Source: Malacoraja senta (Eukaryota). From it: a stretch of 64,000 bases of DNA. The notes under the pieces were generated by a model that did no database searches, had not been told where the DNA came from, and saw only the letters and a program-made list of their open reading frames with translations. The stretch is from positions 6,760,001 through 6,824,000 of the forward strand of contig CM075995.1 of the NCBI GenBank assembly GCA_038087875.1, given 5' to 3'. Position 1 is the first letter of the stretch. Every line of letters begins with the position of its first letter. Positions 25,050 through 38,909 of the stretch are shown piece after piece. A program made the translations under genes and the position numbers.

Positions 25050-25785
25050 TTGGAGTAGCTGCCTCACAGCGCCAGAGACCCTGCCTACGGGTGCTGTCTG
25101 TACGGTTTTTGTACCTTCTCCCCGTGACCTGGCGTGGGGTTTCTCTGGGTGCTCGGGGAGACTGCAAAAAGGTTGTGACCACTGCCCAGTCCATCACCGG
25201 CTCTGACCTCCCCACCATCGAAGGGATCTATCGCAGTCGCTGCCTCAAAAAGGCGGCCAACCTCATCAGAGACCCACACCGCCCTGGTCACACACTCATT
25301 TCCCCGCTGCCATCGGGAAGACGGTACAGGAGCCTGAAAACTGTAACATCCAGGTTCAGGAACAGCTGCTTCCCTACAGCCATCAGGCTATTAAACACAA
25401 CAGCAAATAAGCTCTGAACTACAACAGACTATTATTATTATTGCACTATATTTCTTTATTTATTAAGTATGTGTGTATGTATATATACACACACTGGACT
25501 TTTTTTCTCTCCCGTTATGTACGATGTTTACATATTCTGTTGTGCTGCAGCAAGCAAGAATTTCATTGTCCTATCTGGGACATATGACAATAAAACACTC
25601 TTGACTCTCTTTCCTCCCACACTCCAAAGACATACAGGTTTTTTAGGTTAATTGGCTTCGGTAAAATTGTAAATTGTCCCTAGCGTGTGTAGGATAGGGC
25701 CTGTGTACGGGGCGATCGCTGGTCGGCACGGACGCGGTGGGCCGAAGGACCTGTTTCTGCGCTGTATCTCTAAACCAAACTACAC
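25050..25785 (+). mobile_element. HE1-like V-SINE split by a Rex1 3' fragment (~25158-25605)
   Basis: SINE breaks at GGGTGCTC and resumes at TTTCCTCCCACACTCC. The insert encodes [17 protein letters not shown]...PSGRRYRS. Confidence 0.87.
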
Positions 25786-25816
25786 TAAAAAAATAGGTGG
25801 ACACAAAAAGCTGGAG

Positions 25817-27305
25817 CCTGTGCTGCGCAGCTGACAGACGTCTGGACTGACATCTTCAACCTGTCACTTGCCCAAGCAGTTGTGCCCACGTGCCTTAAAT
25901 CCACCTCCATCGTGCCGGTGCCAAAACACTCCACTGCGGCGAGCCTCAACGACTTCCGCCCAGTTGCACTTACTCCCATCATCGCCAAGTGCTTCGAGAG
26001 GCTGGTCCTGGCACACCTCAAAGGCTGCCTACCCCCCACACTGGACCCCTATCAGTTTGCCTACCGCAAGAACAGGAGTACGGAGGATGCCATCTCAACG
26101 GCACTTCACTCCGCCCTCTCCCACCTCGATAACAGAGACACTTACGTAAGAATGCTGTTCATCGATTACAGCTCAGCATTCAACACCATCATACCCTCTA
26201 AACTGATCACCAAACTCGGTGACCTGGGCATCGACCCCTCCCTCTGCAACTGGATACTGGACTTTCTAACCAACAGACCCCAGTCTGTTAGGTTAGACAA
26301 GCACACCTCTTCAACCCTCACCCTGAACACCGGCGTTCCACAGGGCTGTGTGCTGAGCCTCCTCCTCTACTCCCTCTTCACCTGTACACCTGAACACCGG
26401 TACTAACACCATCATCAATTATGCAGATGATACAACGGTGATTGGCCTCAACAGCAACAACGATGAGTCGGCCTATAGGGAGGAGGTCCAGCTCCTAGCA
26501 GCATGGTGCGCTGACAACAACCTGGCCCTTAACTCCAAGAAGACCAAGGAGCTCATTGTAGACTTCAGGAAGTCTAGGGGCGGCACGCACACCCCCATCC
26601 ATATTAACGGGACGGAGGTGGAACGTGTTTCCAGCTTCAGGTTTCTGGGGTCAACATCTCTGATGACCTCTCTTGGACCCACAATACCTCAACTCTGGTC
26701 AAGAAGGCTCACCAGCATCTCTTCTTCCTGAGGAGACTAAAGAAGGTCCATCTGTCTCCTCAGATTCTGGTGAACTTCTACCGCTGCACCATCGAGAGCA
26801 TCCTTACCGACTGTATCACAGTATGGTACGGCAACTGCTCTGTCTCCGACCGGAAATGAACTGCAGAGGGTGGTGTAAACTGCCCAACGCATCACCGGTT
26901 CCTCACTCCCCACCATTGAGTCTGTCCAAAGCAAGCGATGTCTGCGAAGGGCGCTCAGCATCGCCAAGGACAGCTCTCACCCCAACCACAGACTGTTTAC
27001 CCTCCTACCATCCGGGAGGCGCTACAGGTCTCTCCGTTGCCGGACCAGCAGGTCCAGGAACAGCTTCTTCCCTGCGGCTGTTACACTACTGAACACTGTA
27101 CCTCGGTGACTGCCAATCACCCCCCCCTCCCCCCGGACACTCCTCCCACCAGGAACAAATACTATGACTGTATGCAAGTAAATAGATTTATTTACTGCTC
27201 ATATTTATGTCGCTCTTCAAGGGAGATGCTAACTGCATTTCGTTGCCTCTGTACTGTACACTGCACAATGACAATAAAGTTGAATCTGGATCTGGAATCT
27301 GGATC
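25817..27305 (+). pseudogene. Rex1/Babar LINE, 5'-truncated, disrupted reverse transcriptase
   Basis: Motifs [27 protein letters not shown] and NYADD (~26418-26432). Frameshifts and stops downstream. Ends TGACAATAAA + (GAATCT)-like tail. Confidence 0.93.
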
Positions 27306-28454
27306 TAACTCAGTCTGAAGAAAGGTCTTGACCCAAAACGTCACCTATTCCTTTTCTCCAGAGATGCTGCCTGACCCGCTGAGTTACTCCAGCTTTTTGT
27401 GTCTATCTTCGGTTGAAACATAAAAGCTCCTTCCAACATAAAAATAGGCTCATTTATTTAACCCTAAATAAACAGGGCCTCTGTACGTTAAGGATCATGT
27501 TTAACATTGTTTAGTAACCAAACAGGTCCTTTGTCTCCTATTCTGGAGCTTGGTGATTAATTGTCAGGTTAGAATGTGCCTCAGGTTTTTAAAATTTCTG
27601 TTTCCAAATCACTCCTTGTTCTCTTCCTCACTATCTCCGTATTCTGCTCCGCCCCAAAACAACCCACTGAGATAAGTAGGAAGGAACTGCAGATGCTGGT
27701 TTACACCGAAGATAGCCACGTAACTCAGCGGGACAGACGGCATCTCTGGAGAGGAGGAATGGCTCACGTTTCGGGTCGAGACCCACCTGAAGAGACGTCA
27801 CCCATTCCTTCTATCCAGAGATGCTGCCTGACCCATTGAGTTGCAATAGGCAATAGGTGCAGGAGTAGGCCATTGGGCCCTTCGAGCCAACACTGCCACT
27901 CAATGTGATCATGGCTGAATCAGTACCCCGTTCCTGCCATCTCCCCATACCCCCTGACACCAGCATTTTGTGTCTATCTTCGGTATGAATATTGATTTCT
28001 CTAACTACAAGTAACCCTTGTTTTCCCTCTCTCTTCATCCCTCCCCCATCCTAGTTCTCCGACTAGTTTCACTGTCCTCCTGATTAATTTTACTGCTTGT
28101 ATCCCTCCTTGTCACCTTCCCCTCAGCCAACGATGAACCATTTTACATTTCCTTGCGTGAGGGAAGGAAACTGCGGACGCTGGTAGCTCACGGACAGTTC
28201 TGACCTCTTGGTGGTTCTGTTTAGTGTAGAGATACAGCATGATAACAGGCCCTTCGGCCCACCGAGTCCATTCCGAACAGCGATCCCCGCACACTGGCAC
28301 TATCCCACACACTCAGAAGAATTTTACAACTTCACCAAAGCCAATTAACCTATAAACCTGAAAAAGCCAAATTACTTTTTGACCACCCTAACCACTTGTG
28401 ACACGACTTTCAAGGAACTATGTACTGGCGCTGCTAGAGTCCTCTGCTCGACAA

Positions 28455-28937
28455 CACTTCCCAGAGCCCTGCCATTCACAAGGTTAATTCCCGGGATGGC
28501 GGGACCGTCATATGCTGAGAGAACGGAGCGACTAGGCTTGTACACTCTGGAATTTAGGATGAGAGGATATCTTATTGAAACATATAAGATTATTAAGGGT
28601 AGAGGCAGGAAACATGTTCCCGATGTTGGGGGAGTCCAGAACCAGGGGCCACAGTTTAAGAACAAGGGGTAAGCCATTTAGAACAGAGATGAGAAAACAC
28701 TTTTTCACACAGAGAGTGGTGAGTCTGTGGAATTCTCTGCCTCAGAGGCCGGTTCTCTGGATACTTTCAAGAGAGAGCTAGATAGGGCTCTTAAAGGTAG
28801 CAGAGTCAGGGGATAAGGGGAGAAGGCAGGAACGGAGTACTGATTGTGGATGATCAGCCATGATCACATTGAATGGCGGTGCTGGCTTGAAGGGCCAAAT
28901 GGCCTACTCCTGCACCTATTGTCTATTGTCTATTGTC
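28455..28937 (+). mobile_element. CR1 3' fragment, (CTATTGT)n tail, preceded by a short inverted CR1 piece (~28372-28455)
   Basis: Peptide [10 protein letters not shown]...HFFTQRVVSLWNSLP. Confidence 0.88.
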
Positions 28938-29061
28938 TATTCACTGTGTAGGTCCTGCCCATGTTAGACTTTCCAAAATGCAACACCTCACATTTCTCTG
29001 TATAAATATCTGTGCAAATACTTTGCCATCTCCTCCTTGTACATTCTCACCACAAGACTCA

Positions 29062-29865
29062 GGCTGCACGGTGGTTGGCGCAGCGGTAGAGATGCTTCCT
29101 CACAGCGCCAGAGACCCGGGTTCGATTCTGACTACGGGTGCTGTCTGTACAGAGTTTGTACGTTATACCCATGACCTGCGTGGGTTTTCTCCGGGTGCTT
29201 CGGTTTCCTCCCACACTCCAAAGACGTGCGGGTTTGCAAGTTAATCAGCTTTGTAAAATTATAAATTGTCGCCAATGTGTGTAGGATAGTGTTAGCGTGC
29301 GGGGACAGTAGACAATAGGTGCAGGAGTAGGCCATTCGGCCCTTCGAGCCAGCACCGCCATTCAATGTGATCATGGCTGATCATCCCCAATCAGTACCCC
29401 GTTCCTGCCTTCTCCCCATATCCCCTGACTTCGCTATCTTTAAGAGCCCTATCTAGCTCTCTCTTGAAAGCATCCAGAGAACCTGCCTCCACCGCCCTCT
29501 GAGGCAGAGAATCCCACAGACTCACAACTCTCTGTTAGAAAAAGTGTTTCCTCGTCTCCGTTCTAAATGGCTTACCCCTTATTCTTAAACTGTGGCCCCT
29601 GGTTCTGGACTCCCCCAACATCGGGAACATGTTTCCTGCCTCTAGCGTGTCCAAACCCTTAATAATCTTATATGTTTCAATAAGATACCCTCTCATCCTT
29701 CTAAACTCCAGAGTGTACAAGCCCAGCCGCTCCATTCTCTCAGCATATGACAGTCTCGCCATCCCGGGAATTAACCGGGGATCGCTGGTCGGCGCGGACT
29801 CGGAGGGTCGAAGGTCCTGTTTCCGCGCTGTATCTCTAAACTAAACTGAACTAAACTAAACTAAG
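29062..29865 (+). mobile_element. HE1-like V-SINE split by a minus-strand CR1 fragment (~29307-29775)
   Basis: SINE breaks at GTGCGGGGA and resumes at CGGGGATCGCTGG; CGGGGA is duplicated. Confidence 0.88.
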
Positions 29866-30199
29866 ACTCCTCTTTGGAAATCGGAACAAAGCGTTGATTC
29901 AGTATCACTGTCATTTTGCCATCCTCGATAAAAAAAGGCATTTAATTACTTTAATTAGCTCCAGGCTGCAGAAGATAGTGGCGACTCTTAGCATGCTGGT
30001 ACCAAAAGAGCTCTACTATGATTCAAAATACAATCGACCCACTCTTTTAAATCTCCATTGTACTTGTGAATGGCTTGACTGTATTCATGTGTAATATTAT
30101 AAGTTATAGAAATAGAATTAGGCCATTCGGCCCATCAAGTCTACTCCAACATCTGATTTTCTGATTTAATTGGCTAGCACGCAAACAAAAACGTTCCGC

Positions 30200-30517
30200 A
30201 GTTTAGTTTGGAGGTACAGCGCGGAAACAGGCCCTTTCGGCCCACCGGGTCCGCGCCAACCAGTGAACCTCACACATTAACACTATCCTACACCCACTAG
30301 GGATAATTTTTACATTTACCAAACCAATTGACCGACAAACCTCTACGTCTTTGGAGTGCGGGAGGAAACCGAAGATCTCGGAGAAAACCCACGCGGGTCA
30401 CGGGGAGAACGTACAAACTCCGTACAGACAGCGCCCGTAGTCGGGATGGAACCCGGGTCTCCGGCGCTGCATTCGCTGAAAGGCAGCAACTCTACCGCTG
30501 CGCCACCGTGACCGCCC
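30200..30517 (-). mobile_element. HE1-like V-SINE, full length
   Basis: Head, V-domain and tail. Confidence 0.92.
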
Positions 30518-31229
30518 TAAAATCTCGATGTATCTCGGTACAAGTGACAACAATGAATGATGACCAAGCAGTCATCTCTCTGGAGAGAAGGAATAGGTGA
30601 CGTTTCGGGTCGAGACCCTTCTTCAGACTGAGAGTCATGGGAGAGGGAAATGCGAGATGTAGACGGGGATGTAGAGCGATGCAGAACAAATGTATGATTC
30701 ACTAACTTCAAATAACCCTGGTATCCCCTCTCTCTCCCTCCCTCCACCAGCCAAGGCGTTGTACTAGCTTCAAAGTGGTCCTGTTGAGTTTCATTGTCCT
30801 TAACTCGTTTTCACCTAGTCCACAGTTAACAATGGCCTGTTTCGTTTGTCATCGTGACTTTTTTGCACATCTTTCATTCAGTTCTTCTAAACGTTATTCC
30901 CTTACACTGTAAATGGCTTGATTGTAATTATGCATTGTCCTTCCGCTGACTGGTTAGCACGCAACAAAACCTTTTCACTACGTTCATGTTTTTTGCAATG
31001 GATCTGTCTATATTGAATAAGCAATGTTAAAATGTTTTGCTGCCCATTTACAAAAAGAACGTCCCTCCTTACACTGCCTGATTATTTTTGGTCAAACATC
31101 TCAATATTTATGTCTCTCGTGAAAATGCCTTGCTAATGGACTATAATTAGAGGGTTTGTTTCATAAATAAATAATAATTTCCTCCCAAGCTTTTAGGACT
31201 GCCTCTGGTCAATACATCTACTTAATGTT

Positions 31230-31435
31230 CTTGACACAAAATGCTGGAGTACCTCATCGGGACAGGCAGCATCTCTGGATGAACAAGGGTCTCAGACTGG
31301 AGAAGGGTCTCGACCCGTAGCGTCACCCATTCCTTCTCTCCAGAGATGGTGCCTGTTCCGCTGAGTTAGTTCAGCATTTTGTGTCTATCGTAGCTGATCG
31401 TGTAAATCAGCATCTGCAGTTCCTTCCCCAACATT
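31230..31435. mobile_element. Palindromic Penelope-derived element
   Basis: Inverted arms. 9-bp TSD CTTAATGTT (31221-31229, 31436-31444). Confidence 0.8.
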
Positions 31436-32186
31436 CTTAATGTTTTTCTTTTTTGTGTGTTCTGGAAAGAACTTGCCGAATACAGAGGTTATTCATCTTT
31501 GACTGTGTTCTCATGATCTTACAGTTTAGTTTAGTTTAGTTTAGAGAAAGAGAGTGGGAACCAGGCCCTTCGGCCCACCGGGTCCGCACCAACCAGCGAT
31601 CTCTGCACACTAACACTACCCTACACACACTCGGGACAATTTATACTTACACCAAACCAATTGACCTACAAACCTGTACGTCTTTGGAGTGTGGGAGGAA
31701 ACCGAAGATCTTGGAAAAAACCCACGTGGTCATGGGGAGAACGTGCAAACTCTGCACAAACAGCACCCACAGTCAGGATCGAACCCGGGCTCTCTGGCGC
31801 TGTAAGCGCTGTAAGGCAGCAACTCTACCTGTAACGGGTTTGATCTGGTTTGTGTATCCGGTGAATTTATACAGCAGGATAGACACACAAAATGTTGGAG
31901 TAACTCTGCGGGACTTGCAGCGTCTCTGGAGAAAAGGAATAGGAGACATTTTGGGTGGGGACCCCAAATGTCATCTATTCCTCTTCAGTGATGCTGCCTG
32001 ACCCGCTGAGTTACTCCAGCATTTTGTGTCTATCTTCGGTGTAAACCAGCATCTGCAGTCCCTTCCTACACAAATGTACAGCAGGAGAAGCTTCTGAAAA
32101 CACATCAGAAAAAAAAGTTTTCTTGACCATTTTGTCTGTTTCAGGCTACAGTAGAACTCCCTCAAGAGTCATTTTAGTTTAGTTTA

Positions 32187-32491
32187 ATGGCCTGTCCAAC
32201 TTGGCGATTTTTTCGGCGACTGCCGGCATCATTGACTGACGTTTCAGGTCACCGGAAAAGTTGCGGCGTGACGCGGCGTGATATGGCGTGATGCGGCATT
32301 ATATGGCGTGATGCGGCGTGACACGCCAGTGACGCGGCGTGCTGACATATTGACACGCGGTGTCTCCTCAAGTATCGCAACATTTTATTTGTCGCCGCTG
32401 GATTTTGAAATGTTCAAAATCTTTTGGTGATCCTGATACGTCAGTCAATGAAAAAAAATGCCGAAAAAAATCGGCAAGTGTGACAGGCCCT
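32187..32491. mobile_element. MITE with GGCCTGTCC TIRs (second internal type)
   Basis: ATGGCCTGTCCAACTTG / CAAGTGTGACAGGCCCT. Inserted in a Rex1 tail at TTA. Internal GCGGCGTGA repeats. Confidence 0.8.
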
Positions 32492-33214
32492 TTATTGTCG
32501 CATGTACCGAGGTAGACCAGTGCAAAACAGAGGACAGCACAGTGGTGCAGCGGTAGGTGTGAATGGACCCTGATTATGGAGGTGGCCTTGCCAAGGCAGC
32601 ATGAAGTGTAGATTTAACAAGCTCTTCAGTAAAGGCTGGCTCTGTCCTGGGGGCAGAGTTGGATTCACGGGAGGTGTTCTTGGAGGGGAGGATGCTCCTC
32701 AAACTGCGGAGCATCTTGGACAACGCAGCTCACCCCCTCCATGACACACTGGTCAACCTGAGGAGCACCTTCAGCAACGGACTGGTTCCACCAAAATGCT
32801 ATACAGAACGCCACAGGAGATCCTTCTTCCCTGTGGCTATTAAAGTGTACAACTCCTTCCCCTTCTGTCATGGGGTAGACTGACTCCCCCACCCCCCCAT
32901 CCCCAAATCTTTGCACATCCCCAAATCCTGGACTTTCCACTCGTCACTTTAATTTTATGTTGTGCTTTATGACTGTTTGCAGACCAATTTCCCTCCTGGG
33001 AAAAATATTGTATCGTATCGTAGATGGAGTCAATGGAAGGGAGGTTGGTTTGTGTGATGGTCTGGGCTGCGTCCAGAATTCTCCGCGAGTCTCTGAAGGG
33101 AGGTTAGTTTGTGTGATGGACATTGTGGGCCGAAGGGCCTGTTCTTGTGCTGTACTCACTTCGGCGTTCAATGTTGTGTGTCTACTCAGCAAGTAGATGG
33201 GTCAAATGGTCAAG

Positions 33215-33985
33215 AGAGAGTCAAGAGTGTTTTATTGTCATGTGTCCCAGATAGGACAATGAAATTCTTACTTGCAGCAGCACAACAGAATATGTAAACA
33301 TAGTACATAACGGGAGAAAAATAAGTCCAGTGTGTATATATACACATGCACACATACTCAATCAATAAACAAATATAGTGCAATAATAATAATAGTCTGT
33401 TGTGGTTCAGAGCTTATTTGTTGTCATGTTTAATAGCCTGATGGCTGCAGAGAAGATGTTGTTCCTGAAGGTAGACAGAAATGCTGGAGAAACTCAGCGG
33501 GTGCAGCAGCATCTATGGAGCGAAGGAAATAGGAAATGTTTCTGGCCGAAACGCCCGAAACATCGCCTATTTCCTTCGCTCCATAGATGCTGCTGCACCC
33601 GCTGAGTTTCCCCAGCATTTTTGTCTACCTTCGATTTTCCAGCATCTGCAGTTCCTTCTTAAACAAGTTGTTCCTGAACCTGGACGTTACAGTTTTCGGG
33701 CTCCTGTACCTTCTTCCCGATGGCAGTGGCGAAATGAGTGTGCGGCCAGGATGGTGAGGGTCTCTGATGATGTTGGCTGCCTTTTTGAGGCAGCTACTTC
33801 GATAGATCCCTTCGATGGTGGGGAGGTCAGAGCCGGTGATGGACTGGGCAGTGGTCACAACTTTCTGCAGTCTTTTCCGCTCCTGGACGTTCAAATTGTC
33901 GAACCAGGCCACGATGCAGCCAGTCAGTATGCTCTCTGCTGTGCACCTGTAGAAGTTCAGGAGAATCCTCTTTGACATGCCGAAT
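33215..33985 (-). mobile_element. Rex1/Babar 3' fragment split by a PLE palindrome
   Basis: Peptide [19 protein letters not shown]...TSRFRNN. Confidence 0.88.
33470..33666. mobile_element. Palindromic Penelope-derived element
   Basis: Inverted arms. 12-bp TSD GTTGTTCCTGAA (33458-33469, 33667-33678). Confidence 0.85.
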
Positions 33986-34704
33986 CAGCCACTAATCTAG
34001 ATGCTGTGTTTCCAACACATCTGCCCCCTGCTGTCATGTTTGCGTGGTACCTGGAAGCACTACCGTGCAATAACTTGATATTACACCAAGTCAGTATCAA
34101 TCTAGGATACAACATAAGAAGACCGACACAAAAAGCTGGAGTAACTCTGCGGGTCAGGCACCATCTCTGGAGACAAGGAACGGGTGACGTTCCGGGTCAA
34201 GATCTTCTCTGGAGAGGGTCCAGAGGAGGTTCACAAGAATGATTCCAGGATGACATGTTTAAGAAAGAACTGCAGATGCTGGAAAAATCGAAGGTAGACA
34301 AAAATGCTGGAGAAACTCAGCGGGTGAGGCAGCATCTATGCTGCCTCACCCGCTGACTTTCTCCAGCATTTTTGTCTACCAGGAATGAGTTGGTTCGCAA
34401 ATGATGAACGTATGCGGCACTGGGCCTGTACTCGCTGGAGTTTAGAAGGTTGAGGGGGGGGGAGGACCTCATTGAAACTTACAGAATGATGAAAGGCAAA
34501 GATAGAGTGGATGTGGAGAGGATGTTTCCACTGGTGGGAGAGTCCAGGACCAGAGGTCACAGCCTCAGAATTAAAGCACGCTCTTTTAGAAAGAAGATGA
34601 GGAGGAACTTCCTTAGTCAGAGGGTAGTTAATCTGTGGAACTCAAGGGGGTGGAGGCCAAGTCAGTGGATATTTTTAATGCACATTGTTCTTTTATTAAA
34701 CAAA

Positions 34705-35959
34705 CTAGACTAAGTGGGACCCATTGGGTCCCAGCATCACACGGGAGGGCTGGTCCCCCAATGCAATATTCCACCTCTCCACCAATTCCAATATTGGTGG
34801 CCAGTGGGGGGGGGGGGGGGCTTTCTGGAGTGCCAGTATGGGTGTTGTGGGCTGAAAGGACTGGTTTCCAGAGGGCTAGTATGGACATTGTGGGCCGAAT
34901 GAATTCTTGGGCTGGCAGCTCAGTCACTCAAGCCTGTTGTGCTGGCAGCTCACTCACTCACGGCTGGTGGGCTGGCAGTTGACACGGCTATTCCTTGAAA
35001 TTCCATTTCAAGCAGGGTGCAAGGCCACCAAATTCAAGTGCAGTTTCTTTCCACTTCAAGCAGGGTGCAAGGCCACCAAATTCAAGTGCAGTTTCATACC
35101 ATTTCAAGCAGGGTGCAAGGCCACAAAAGACAGCGAGTTGTGACCTCTCCCTCCTCCATCTTGCAGAGACTGAGCCACGCCCACACTTCTGGGTTTTATA
35201 GTCCCTCCCCCCCCTCCCACCAGAAGGGGTGTGGCCTTCATGGCATGATTGACAGGAGAGAGAATCTCAACATTTTTAAAACACTAATAACTCTTTGATT
35301 TTTCATCGATGGGAAAAATCCTCGGCACCTGATGAGCGGAGGGGGACTGAGTAAGATGGCCAAAAATCACAGCCGTACGTGGTAGCGTTTTTTCTAAAAT
35401 CAATATAAAGTGCAAGCAGGAAGTGGTCAAGATTAGACTTTTAATTATATAGAAGGCAAGGCAACTTTAATTAGGCAAGGCAACTTTAATTAGGCAAGGC
35501 AACTTTAATTAGGCAACACAGCTTTAGCATTTCCAAACCAAAGGCATCACAGCTTTAGCATTTCCAAACTATATTTTCAAACCACATTAAGGACACTGAC
35601 AGGTCAGTAAAAACACTCACAGTTTAGTAGACATGTGTACAGTGTTATTCACAGCTCACACTGAGAGAAGTGACCCTCTCGCTCCCCCATCTTGCAGAGA
35701 CTGACTGAGGCACTCAACACTTCCGGGTTTTATAGTCCCTCCGGAAGGGGCGTGGCCTTCAGGAGAGAGAATCTCAAAAAATTTTAAACGCTAATAACTC
35801 TTTTATTTTTCATCGATGGGAAAAATCCTCTCATCCTGCGCAGCGGAGGGGGACTGAGCAAGATGGCCAAAAATCACAGCCGTATGTGGCAGCGTTTTTT
35901 CTAAAATCAATATACAGAACAACAGGAAGTGGTCAAGATCAGACTATTAGTAATATAGA
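34705..35959 (-). mobile_element. Non-autonomous Helitron
   Basis: Minus strand reads A|TC ... CTAG|T. Palindrome TGGGACCCA-T-TGGGTCCCA (34715-34733) lies about 10 nt from the CTAG end. No TSD. Internal tandem repeats. Confidence 0.88.
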
Positions 35960-36582
35960 TAACAGTCACATTTCTTTGAGTTGAAGATAGGCACTAACTG
36001 CTGGAGTAACTCAGCGGGACAGGTAGCATCTCTGGAGACCCGGGTTCGATCCTGATCACGGGTGCTATCTGTACGGAGTTTGTACGTTCTCCCCGTGGCC
36101 GCGTGGGTTTTCTCCGGGTGCTCCGGTTTCCCCCCACACTCCAGGTTTGTAGGGTAATTGGCTTAGTTAAAAAACGTAAATTGTTCCTAGTGTGTGTGTG
36201 TGTGTGTGTAGGATAGTGCTAGTTTACGGGATGACCGCTGGTCGGCGCGGACTCGGTGGGCCGAAAGGGGTTGTTTCCGTGCTGTATCTCTAAACTAAAC
36301 TAAACTAAACTAAACGGTGTCTAAGAGTATTGGATGCAGAATCCTTGGATTTTGAAGGCTATAATATAAATGAAATCCTTGCTTAACATATTTCTATATG
36401 CCAGAGGCAACAAATTGTAAACTTTTGATGCTGCATGCTTATTTAAATACTTGAACAGTAGAAATCATTAGGGTTGAGCATTATGCACTAAATTAACATA
36501 CAACAACCTCAGTCTGACGGTAAATATGTATTCTACATTCCGGTGGAGATTTTTGAAGTGCTTTTCTCACCATGAGAGAGGA

Positions 36583-36950
36583 GTAAGTAGAGTAAGTAAG
36601 TAAGTTTTATTTACATAGCACGTTTAAATCAACTCGCGTTGAAACCAAAGTGCTTTACATAAAATAAATAATTAAGTTTCCGTACATCCATAGAAAGAAT
36701 TTAAAAAGAAAACTGACACAACACCTTATAGAATTGAACACAAACGTCCCCCCCCCACAACAGAATCAAAATTTTCCACTGTGGGGAAAGGCACCAAGAA
36801 AGTTTAGTCCTCTTCCTCTGTGGCCTCCGCAGCCAGTCCGATGTTTTCAGGCCCTTCTTGCTGGGAAGCTGGAACTCCGGAGTCGGGTGAACACTCCTCA
36901 GCGGCTCGGAATATCTGGAGCGGCCGCTTCCTGCCTGGAGACCCTCAGGG
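36583..36950 (-). mobile_element. GC-rich retroposon with an L2-type tail
   Basis: CCTT-hairpin at 36753-36792. Minus-strand tail TGTAAAGCACTTTG...GTGCTATGTAAATAAAA(CTTA)n. Confidence 0.55.
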
Positions 36951-38019
36951 GAGGCACCTCTACACCAGAGAGGACATTGGACTTTATCTAAGGTAAAGCA
37001 TCAAGGGCAGCACAGTGGCGCAGCGGTAGAGTGGCTGCCTTACAGCGCCAGAGACCCCCCGGTTCGATCCTGACCACGGGTGCTGTCTGTACGGAGTTTG
37101 TACGTTCTGCCCGTGATCTCTGGGTGCTGCGGTTTCCTCCCACACTTCAAAGGCACGCAGGCTTGCAGGTTTATTGGTTTCGGTAAACAATCAACCTTTA
37201 CGCGGTGACCTTTTTTTTTGTATTGGTGTATTGTATGGAAAACGAAGAATTTCACTGTGCCACGTGCACGTGTCCCAAAGTATCGAAACTAGACACAAAA
37301 ATTAACTGGAGTAGCAGGAGTAACTCAGCGGGACAGGCAGCATCTCTGGGGAGAAGGGATGGGTGTTGTTTCGGGCTGAGGCCCTTCTTCAGACGGAAAG
37401 TCACGGGTGATGGAAACGAGAGATAGAGACGGTGATGCAGAGATACAAAGAACAAATTGAATGAAATATATGCGAGAAGGTAACAATGATAAAGGAAACA
37501 GGCCATTGTTAGCTGTTTGCTAGGTGAGAACGAGAAGCTGGTGCGACTTGGGTGGTGTAGGGATGGAAAGAAAGAGGGAATGCAGGGTTTACTTGAAGTT
37601 AGAGAAATTAATATTCTCATCCACTCCCTATATACTCGGGACAATTTACAGAGGCCAATTATCCTTCAAACCTGCGAATGAATATTGATTTCTCGAACAT
37701 TAAGTAACCACTGCGCTCCCTCTCTCTCCATCCTTCCCCCACGGTGTGCAGAGATCGCTGGTCAGCACGGACTTGGTGGGCCGAAGGGCCTGTTTCCGCG
37801 CTGTATCTCCAAAGTCTAAAGTCTAAAAACCTGGAGTCTAAAGTACTGACGAACGACAATGCATTACAATGCAGAGAACTATATTCTGCACAGTGTATCA
37901 TTGCTCAAAAGCAACGTGCAGGTTAGCTGGATAACTGGCCTCTGTAAAAATGCCCCAAGTGTGTAGGGAGTGGATGAGAAAGTGGGATGACATAGACCAT
38001 AAGATCATCAGCGATTGCA

Positions 38020-38435
38020 GCAGAATTAGGCCATTCGGCCCATCAAGTCTACTCCGCCATTCAATCATGGCTGATCTATCTCTCCCTCCAAACCCCATTT
38101 TCCTGCCTTCTCCCCATAACCCGTGACACCTGTACTAATCAAGAATCTATCTATCTCTGCCTTAAAAATATCCACCGACTTGGCCTCCACAGCCTTCTGT
38201 GGCAAAGAATTCCACAGATTCACCACCCTCTGACTGAAGAAATTCCTCCTCGCCTCCTTCCTAAAAGAACGTCCTTTAATTCTGATGCTACGAATTCCAG
38301 TCCTGGACTCTCCCACTGGTGGAAACATCCTCTCCACATCCACTCTATCCAAACCTTTCACTATTCTGTAAGTTTCAATGAGGTCCCCCCTCATTCTTCT
38401 AAACCCCAGCGAGTACAGGCCCAGTGCCGACAAGC
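38020..38435 (-). mobile_element. CR1 3' fragment
   Basis: Peptide LGLYSLGFRRMRGDLIETY...NFFSQRVVNLWNSLP. Confidence 0.9.
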
Positions 38436-38909
38436 GTTCTAACCCACAATGAGCCAGGATACATTCAGGCATATTTTTACGTGGCTGAATTCGACAGTGC
38501 TGCAGCCCCAAAAGGTTCAAGTGTTGGTGACAGTGTTAGTGGCATATGCCCATACTACAGGTGGGTGGAGTTATATTACAGAACAGCTATGATCTCAACA
38601 CAGAGTCGAACAGCTTGCAAGGCAAATCAAACCTTCCTTGGTATGGTTTAGTTTAGTTTGGAGAAAGCCATAGAATCATACAGCGTGGAAACAGGCCCTT
38701 CGGCCCAACTCGTCCATGCTGACCAAGGTGCCCCACCTACGCTAGTCCCATTTCCTCTTTAGTTTATAGACACAGCATGGCAACATGGTTAGCACGCAAT
38801 AAAACGCTTTTCACTGTACCTCGGTACAGGCGACAATAAACTGAACTGAACTGAAACAGACTCTTCGGACCAGCGACTCGACACCAACTATCGATCGCTC
38901 ATTCACACT

